Assembly: GCF_006345805.1 (NCBI RefSeq)
Contig: NC_042999.1
Coordinates: forward strand, 57,350,001-57,414,000
From: Octopus sinensis
Lineage: Eukaryota
Reading direction: 5' to 3'
Length of the DNA: 64,000 bases
Made by a program: the position numbers and the translations under genes. This document shows, piece after piece, positions 56,678-64,000 of this stretch. Position 1 is the first letter of the stretch, and every line of letters begins with the position of its first letter. The notes below the pieces were generated by a model. It was not told the DNA's origin. It saw only the letters and a program-made list of their open reading frames with translations, and did not search any database.

Positions 56678-56712
<35 letters not shown>

Positions 56713-56726
56713 GCATATATATATAC

Positions 56727-56796
<70 letters not shown>

Positions 56797-56863
56797 ATAT
56801 ATATACATATATACATGTATATATACATATATATGTTTATATATATGTATATATATATATATG

Positions 56864-56945
<82 letters not shown>

Positions 56946-56978
56946 ATACAAACGATATATATACATGATATATGTATG

Positions 56979-57566
56979 TATATTCGAACTGATCTACTTT
57001 GGAAGGGAGGACGCTCTGAAACTCCCATACTCTCTTCCAAAGTTGATATGGCCCGCAGAATGTGTTCCTGGATTCTCAGAACCTTCCAGTCGAGAGATTC
57101 CCACACTATTATCCTTCTCTTCTCCTCTTTTGCCCGACCCCACCTTGAATACTGCTGTCCACTGTGGTCTCCCTACACAAAACAAAATATTATGAGAATT
57201 GAAGCTCCCCAAAGGTCAATCACAAAAAAGATAGATGGCATGTCAGACCTTGACTACTGGGGTAGACTAGAGAAGCTGAAATTGTATTCACTCCAACGAC
57301 GCCGTGAACGCTACATTATCTGTATGATGTGGAAATATTCCATCAGCACTGTCCGAATGATGTTGGCATCACCTTCAAAATACATCCAAGGCTTGGACCA
57401 CGTGCCATCCGTCCACAACAAAAATCTAAATCGCATCACATAACGACAATACGGCACAACTATTTCACCTCAATTGGACCCGCTCTCTTCAACATTACAC
57501 CAGAACACGTCAAAAAAGAAACTGACCACACAAAATTCAAGAAGTCTTTGGACAAATTCCTTCAAT
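56979..57566 (+). mobile_element. CR1-type LINE 3' ORF fragment
   Basis: [44 protein letters not shown] and FKKSLDKFL; one frameshift; bounded by (TA)n. Confidence 0.9.
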
Positions 57567-57613
57567 ATATATATAACATATATATGTATGTATGTATATA
57601 TATATTATATATA

Positions 57614-57665
<52 letters not shown>

Positions 57666-57699
57666 ATATATTATATATATATATAATAAATATATATAT

Positions 57700-57757
<58 letters not shown>

Positions 57758-57862
57758 ATATATATATATATGTATGTATATATTATATATGTATGTATAT
57801 ATTTATGTATGTATATATATATATATATACTTTATTTAAAGCAGCAGAAAATTCAACAAAAT

Positions 57863-57899
57863 CTGTTACTCTGAGTTTCTCGTTGCGTTCATCAGACAG
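57863..57899 (-). ncRNA. Minimal type I hammerhead ribozyme motif in the pLTR
   Basis: CTGT-CTGATGA-ACGCAACGA-GAAA-CTCAGAG-TA-ACAG: intact core, 4-bp stem I, near-palindromic helix III; stem II is weak (A:A at its base). Confidence 0.75.
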
Positions 57900-58963
57900 T
57901 TTTTGCTAGAATGGAACCAATATATCAATTCAATCTAGACTCTTACAAACGCTACACCTTTAAAAAGAAATGGACTTGTTTGATTGGCCCTTTAGAAAAA
58001 ACGGTCAATCTTCGAGCGATAAACAAAAAGGTCAAAAATATATGTATATATATATAAAAACTTATAAAAATTATAAAATTCGAGGAAAAAACCTTACATT
58101 GAATAAAATACATAATGACATTAATGAAGAAAGTATAATTAAAGCTTAGAAATTAAACCTATTATAAATATTACACTGCAATACATATTTAAGTTAAAGC
58201 GTACATATATATATCAACATACACAGAAGGATGCGTGCAAACGCCATACATATACAGACGTATAAATATAAATCTGAAATATACACATAAATGCATGCGT
58301 ACATATATGTACACAATCCATCTCGCACGCAATTTAAAATCATCTATGTAGCGATTCTCATATACTGAGTAAGGGGGGGGGACGAAAGAAAGGAAGAGAG
58401 AGAGAAAAAGGAACGAAGAAGGGGGAAGGAAAAAAGAAAAAAGAAAAAGGAGGGGTGGGGAAAAAACGAAATAAGAAAAAATTATGTATACAAGCTATGT
58501 AACGGCATTATTGACGTGTATGGAGACATGTATACAAATACACAAGCTCGAATGGATACATACACATACAGTCGTGTATATGTGTGCTTAAGCACAAATA
58601 TACGTCCACTTACACATACACAGATACGCATGCTTACAAATACATATCCATGGCTATACACATACTTATATAAAAATTCTAATTTTTAAAGAAATGGGGA
58701 CAATAATAAAAAATATATACGAAAGACATATAAAATAAAATATAACACCCTATTTTGGATCATCTATAAAAAATCAAGGTAATCCTATACAATACAATAA
58801 CTTGAAATAAAAAGTCGAAGGTTTTTCCTAATGTATATGTCGAAACATAAGACTTTGCTATACGGATTAAAATCTGTATAACGCGGAACAAAATCCATTG
58901 TAGCGCTCACAGCTCAAGAGTCAAAATCAAAATTTCAAAAATCAAAAATACAAAATATATACT

Positions 58964-61093
58964 CTATCCATATGGTATATTCGACATTTTAAATTTAGCC
59001 GCGTGCCTACATAAGTTCATTAGCTCACTTCTTTGATTCAGAGAATTATTGTCTTTGAATAAAATGTACATTTTTTCTAATAGGCAAAGTTTGCACTTGA
59101 AATTATTTTTGTATGCTCCATGCCTGTATGGTGCCGCCCTGTCCAGAATGCTCCATGTCACTTTGAAAGGTGGAGTTTCCTTTTCTTTTAGTTCCCAGAC
59201 ATATTTTGCTAGGCTGGTCCTCTTCCTATTCTCTGGGTATTTAAATGAATTTTTATGAGAATAAAATCTTGTTTTAAATGAATTCTCTGAAGCCCCTGTG
59301 TATGTCTTGTATTCCGATGAGCCTTCTACTTGCACCTTGGCTCTATAAACTACTCCTTTCACAAGACATTTCCCTTCTAACGGACAGGAGCTTTCGTTTT
59401 TGAAATTGCATTTCTTAATGGGCTCGGCACCATGTCTAATCTCAATTAGCTTCCTATTATGCTGGCTAATGTAAGAGGCGAAATTTCTGCAACAAGAATA
59501 GCTAACCTTCAGGGTTCTTCTATTAAATATCCTATAGAATTTATGACCCTGCTTAAAATGCTTAGAGACTAATCTCAAAAATTCCTTACCTATATTAGTC
59601 TTTACGGCCAAATTGAAAGCCGGGTTGAACCACAAAACTTTCCTGGTCCTAGTTCTTCGTGCAGCATTATTATCAGCATTAAGCTGGTTGTATTGGATCT
59701 TCTCAGAGAATCCACTATTCTTTAATGCGCTATCGTAATAAGGTGCAGCATTATGGAATGCTGCCTCGTCCGAAGAAATTGAAGATATTCTTCTACCTAC
59801 ATTGCTGACTAAGTTCCTAAGGATAACTGGTGGATGGTTCGAATCTTTGCTAATATACGATAGCTTTTCATTGGGCTTACGGAAAGGTTTAAATCTATCC
59901 GACCTTACATTAAAATTTACGTCTAAAAAATCTACACTATTCAGGTTAGCATCTATCGTAACCCGTAAGCCCATCCTTTGAAAGAAAGCAATGAGGTCCT
60001 TCCTAAGTCTATCTGATTCATGGCCGTTTAGATTATGCGTGGCTATAAGGCCGTCATCCCTATATAAACCTGCATCTATAAATGGGAATTCTATTTTTAG
60101 ATTATGGAGAATAAAGGCTCCTATGAGCATACATAACTCAGCCCCGTCGTATGCCCCCATCGGTACATCGAAAAGAGAATCCTCAGTCTTCTTAATCCAG
60201 GTGGAATCCTCGAAAAAAAGAAGCGATTTCCTCGCATGCATAATAATATCAATTTCCGAGCTATCGATGTTGACATACTGCTTGGCGAAGTCCAATGCCC
60301 TTAGGAGCAACGTCCTAGATATTGACGGGTAAAAGTCAATAATGTCGAATTGTGTGAAACTACAATTATTCTTATAGCTAATACCTTTAAACCACTCTAT
60401 GACCGACTTACTATTCTTCCAAATTCTCAAGTCTACTTCACTATCTAACTTAACTAAAATACGGTCCAAAATATTTTTGCTAATAATTCCTATCTCAGTT
60501 TTAGCCGGATTTATCAATCTACATTTGGGGTTTCTACTAAAATTGGCTTTATAGTCTTTCAGAGTAATAAAAGCTGGTCGTGGTGAAAGATATTCAATCC
60601 TATCGCTAATCTTAAGATCGTTAGCTATTCCTCTTGCTTCTAAGTTCACCTCTTTGTATATATTCGTGTTGTCTTTTTTGTATGTGTCTGTGACACTATT
60701 CGAAATCAGGCGTTTATAAACGTCCTTATCAAGTGCATATAAGTTCCTTGTCTTATCAGAATTAACGAAGATCTTATTCGAGTCGTTAATCTCCTTAATT
60801 TTTTCTCTCATGTTTCTCTGTAATTGGTTGGTATATTTGCGGAATTTAATTTTCCTAATAAGCTCGTAAAGGTCCTTCTCGAAGGCTTCTAATTCCGGAA
60901 TAGGTGGCGGGTTTCTGGGAGATTTAAATCCATATTTGTTTCCTTCTACTTTCTGTTTATTATCAAAGAAGAAGGCTTTCCATCTCAATCTTCGAATAAA
61001 CTCTTCCGTTTTCTCTATAAGACCTTTGAGATATTGCTTCCGTGCAGGGATAGGTATATTTTTCTGAGAAAAATCCAGCGGGTAAAGTTCCAT
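58964..61093 (-). CDS. Penelope-like reverse transcriptase with C-terminal GIY-YIG endonuclease (709 aa)
   Basis: Uninterrupted ORF. RT motifs DKT, RLINP, FDIIDFYPSI, MGAYDGAELC, LYRDDGL, DFLDV; GIY-YIG VVYRAKV..YTGASENSFKTRFYSH; terminal CKLC..EK..LNQRSE..CRH. Confidence 0.95.
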   Translation of the reverse strand: MELYPLDFSQKNIPIPARKQYLKGLIEKTEEFIRRLRWKAFFFDNKQKVEGNKYGFKSPRNPPPIPELEAFEKDLYELIRKIKFRKYTNQLQRNMREKIKEINDSNKIFVNSDKTRNLYALDKDVYKRLISNSVTDTYKKDNTNIYKEVNLEARGIANDLKISDRIEYLSPRPAFITLKDYKANFSRNPKCRLINPAKTEIGIISKNILDRILVKLDSEVDLRIWKNSKSVIEWFKGISYKNNCSFTQFDIIDFYPSISRTLLLRALDFAKQYVNIDSSEIDIIMHARKSLLFFEDSTWIKKTEDSLFDVPMGAYDGAELCMLIGAFILHNLKIEFPFIDAGLYRDDGLIATHNLNGHESDRLRKDLIAFFQRMGLRVTIDANLNSVDFLDVNFNVRSDRFKPFRKPNEKLSYISKDSNHPPVILRNLVSNVGRRISSISSDEAAFHNAAPYYDSALKNSGFSEKIQYNQLNADNNAARRTRTRKVLWFNPAFNLAVKTNIGKEFLRLVSKHFKQGHKFYRIFNRRTLKVSYSCCRNFASYISQHNRKLIEIRHGAEPIKKCNFKNESSCPLEGKCLVKGVVYRAKVQVEGSSEYKTYTGASENSFKTRFYSHKNSFKYPENRKRTSLAKYVWELKEKETPPFKVTWSILDRAAPYRHGAYKNNFKCKLCLLEKMYILFKDNNSLNQRSELMNLCRHAAKFKMSNIPYG

Positions 61094-61284
61094 CTTTTTC
61101 AGCTGTTTGTTCTTCCTACTTGTGCAGAGTCGGTCAAACTTTTATAAGGAGCGGGTTACACGAAAAACTCAGAGTAACAGATTTTGTTGAATTTTCTGCT
61201 GCTTTAAATAAAGCATATTACTCTACCACTGGTATTTGAGTACTCTTTTTTCCACCTTGTTTCACATTTATGTGTTTACTCCGG

Positions 61285-61346
<62 letters not shown>

Positions 61347-61376
61347 TATATTCATATACATATATATGTATATATA

Positions 61377-61776
61377 TCTTATATATAAAAGTGACGTTGT
61401 GTGCTGTCTGTCTCCTACGATTTAGATTCCTAACTACTCCCACTTTTTGCGGTGCAGTTTAACCAAAATCCGAGTATCTTATAGTCGTGATTCATATCGA
61501 GCCCTTCTGGGTATTAGTGCACGTCTACGGTGAGTCTACGATTAAAAAAAAAATTACCATCAATTTTTCCCATTTTTAATGCATTTTTGGCATATATAAG
61601 GGAAGTAACTCTCTAAAAAATTATTATTAAATCTCAGAACGTAAAAAGCTACAGTAACACCCCCACCCCCCTTTGTGGTTAGCCATATTGAGATGGCTAT
61701 TATACTTTACATCTCTAAAAATGCTTATATAGTAATTTCCCTTACAAACCCGAGCAACGCCGGGTGATACTGCTAG
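61377..61776 (+). mobile_element. Non-autonomous Helitron
   Basis: A|TC start; subterminal hairpin CCCGAGCAACGCCGGG; CTAG|T end. Its 3' end is shared with 42246-42629. Confidence 0.85.
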
Positions 61777-61855
61777 TTATCTATAAAATTCCCCTTGTTT
61801 GGGTCTTTTTTCAGCAACGTCACTGCACCTTATCCCTCGTGCAGCCCGCCATCGC

Positions 61856-61944
<89 letters not shown>

Positions 61945-64000
61945 TGGTAACATTTCTTTTTGCAATTTCTATATTTTCAACAGCTTTATCATATATCGTT
62001 TAAAGCAAAAAGTTTCCCAGCGTTTCCTCTATGAGAATGGTTTCATTCTCTTTCACCATTATTCTCTATCCACTCCCTTCCTTCATTCTAAATTTCTCTG
62101 TCTCTTCCCCCTCCCCCTCTCTCTCCTTGCCTCTGACCGTCCTCCTGCGTTTAATGCGTTGTTTCTCTTACCTTTCAGCGCCATCTATCTCCCTCCTCTC
62201 TCTCTCTTTCTCTCACTCCCTCTTATTCTCTCTTCTTTGCCGCTTTGCCTCCCACTTCCTCGCCTTAACAAGTTTTATTTCTCTCTTTTTACCTCTTCTT
62301 TCAATTAAGTGTGACACACACTACAGGTACCTAGTATTAATACACCAGCTTGACCCGTGAAAAATTCACGGAAAACAAAAAATTGTGTGCTGGTGCCATG
62401 AGAAATGTTTCTATATTGTGACAGTAACAGAATATAGAAAGAAGTGTAAAACCGATAACTATATAATCCAACTAAAGACCTACGGGTCCGTAGCCAGCTT
62501 TTTTGTTGTTGACATGTATGTAGTTTCAAAGTGCCTTATTTTACAACTAAGAGATGTATTGTTGTTATGATTTTATCTTACTATAATCAACAACAAACAC
62601 ATTTCGTCAATATAAAAATCTTTATTAGATTAAAAATAACATTTTCAAAACATGAAGGTAAAACAAAACTAATATGCTTTGTTTTCTTCAGGGCACCAGT
62701 GTACTGAGGCCGTAGTATTTCACGTTGTTCACCAACCGACCTTTCCTCTGAAAAAATCAGTGGAATCAATCGATCTCCATACACAAATTATTCTCCTCCT
62801 GAAACTTATAAAAAAAAGTACACATATTAGGCGCACCTTTCTATAAATCGCACACTAAATTTTCCAGGTAAAAAGTAGTAGCTTATACACCGGAAATATG
62901 GTAATTGTAGTGGCAGTGGCAAGTTCACTCGCTTGTTGGTAGTCGATAGTGTAGAAGTGGCTGTCTGCCAGTAGAGAGGGAAAGAGTAAGGAATGCACGG
63001 TGCTGACTATAAAGGAAGAAAGGATAACATACGACGAATAGAGTGGTGACATTTAGTAAAGGTGACCCGAAAGTTGTTCCTCTTCGATTACTATTGCAAA
63101 CAGTAGTAGCTTTCTTCAACTGAATACACGTTGTTGATTGGTTAAAATTACCCAAATATGACAACTTTAACTCGAAATAACTTCTAAAATACGAAATTTT
63201 GTCAAAAATGTTCAAAGTAAACCGTGTTCTGCGTGAGAAATTACAATAGTAGACGAAGTTTCAAACTGTTTAGTTTTTAAAAATTAATTAAAAAATCTGA
63301 GCCGGACTGAACAGATCCGCCTCCAGACTGTGAGACCCACAAATGCGACTGTTAGGACCGGATTAACACCCATAGCGACCCTAACGACTAAAAAGATTTT
63401 ACTACCCCTATATAGGATCTTTTTTCCGTTTTCTTCCAGCCATTTGAAGGTTTATCTTGCTCCAGTCCACTCAGCTGGCCAAAATGAGTTGTAGCTGTAA
63501 TCAAAAGGCACCAGCTTTGTCGTATTCTGTATGAGGCTGAATCTCCCTGAGAACTACTTTAATGATAGTGTTGTGGTTCAACTTAAGGACAGAGCTGGCG
63601 ACCTACTTTTGGGAATGAATCCATTGTTCTGCCAGATGCGGGTTGATTAATTAGCTCTGGGGAAACTCCCCGACCTTTTCAGGTGAATTAGGGTTCAGTT
63701 TGTGAGAGGCAGTCGGCATTTGGGATTCAGGGCAAGCAGTTGGCAGTTTGGATATAGCAGTGGCTGTTCTGCTAGTGACAGTGTACTGAGAGATGACAGG
63801 AAGACAGTCATGAGAGAGTGAACAGTTGGGATTGTACAGCGAGTTAGTAATGGTTTGTTCTGCTGTGACAGAGAGAGATATACAGAGGATTAGGCAGCCA
63901 ATAGAGATGGACTACAATGTGAGGCATTGGCTGATGTAACGGTATGTGTTAATTGTATGTTTTGATATGTGAAGAAAAAGAAGGAAAAAGAATCGATGTA

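Larger units (their letters stand above)
57830..61285 (-). mobile_element. Penelope-like retroelement (Naiad-type), apparently intact, inserted in (TA)n
   Basis: Intact ORF, 3' UTR of about 1.1 kb ending in a hammerhead, 49-bp inverted repeat 57830-57878 / 61165-61213, and (TA)n on both flanks. Confidence 0.92.

Noticed and set aside
58964-61093. Selenoprotein (UGA recoding), as reported for some Naiad elements
   Set aside because: The ORF has no in-frame TGA and ends at TAG after the complete CRH motif; I did not identify a SECIS element.

Overview
AT-rich eukaryotic, repeat-dominated DNA (intergenic or intronic). The SINE, LINE and microsatellite content resembles an Octopus/coleoid cephalopod genome (inference from recalled repeat sequences, not a search). 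I found no credible host-gene exon; most listed ORFs are microsatellite translations. Contents: (1) one apparently intact Penelope-like retroelement (709-aa RT plus GIY-YIG, Naiad-type, 58964-61093 minus) in (TA)n, with a minimal hammerhead ribozyme motif and 49-bp inverted terminal repeats; (2) remnants of Neptune-, Poseidon- and Naiad-like elements, one with a well-formed hammerhead (22585-22627); (3) a non-coding 353-bp-period, hammerhead-containing retrozyme-like element in (TA)n (5589-6051); (4) a cluster of R4/Dong-type RLE LINEs in (TAA)n arrays (45.8-56.1 kb); (5) several mariner families, with a roughly 1.6-kb local inversion that can be reconstructed from a split RT motif, and a 434-bp near-perfect palindrome near its left breakpoint; (6) CR1, RTE, Merlin-like, hAT-like, Helitron and piggyBac remnants, many tRNA-derived SINEs and dense microsatellites.
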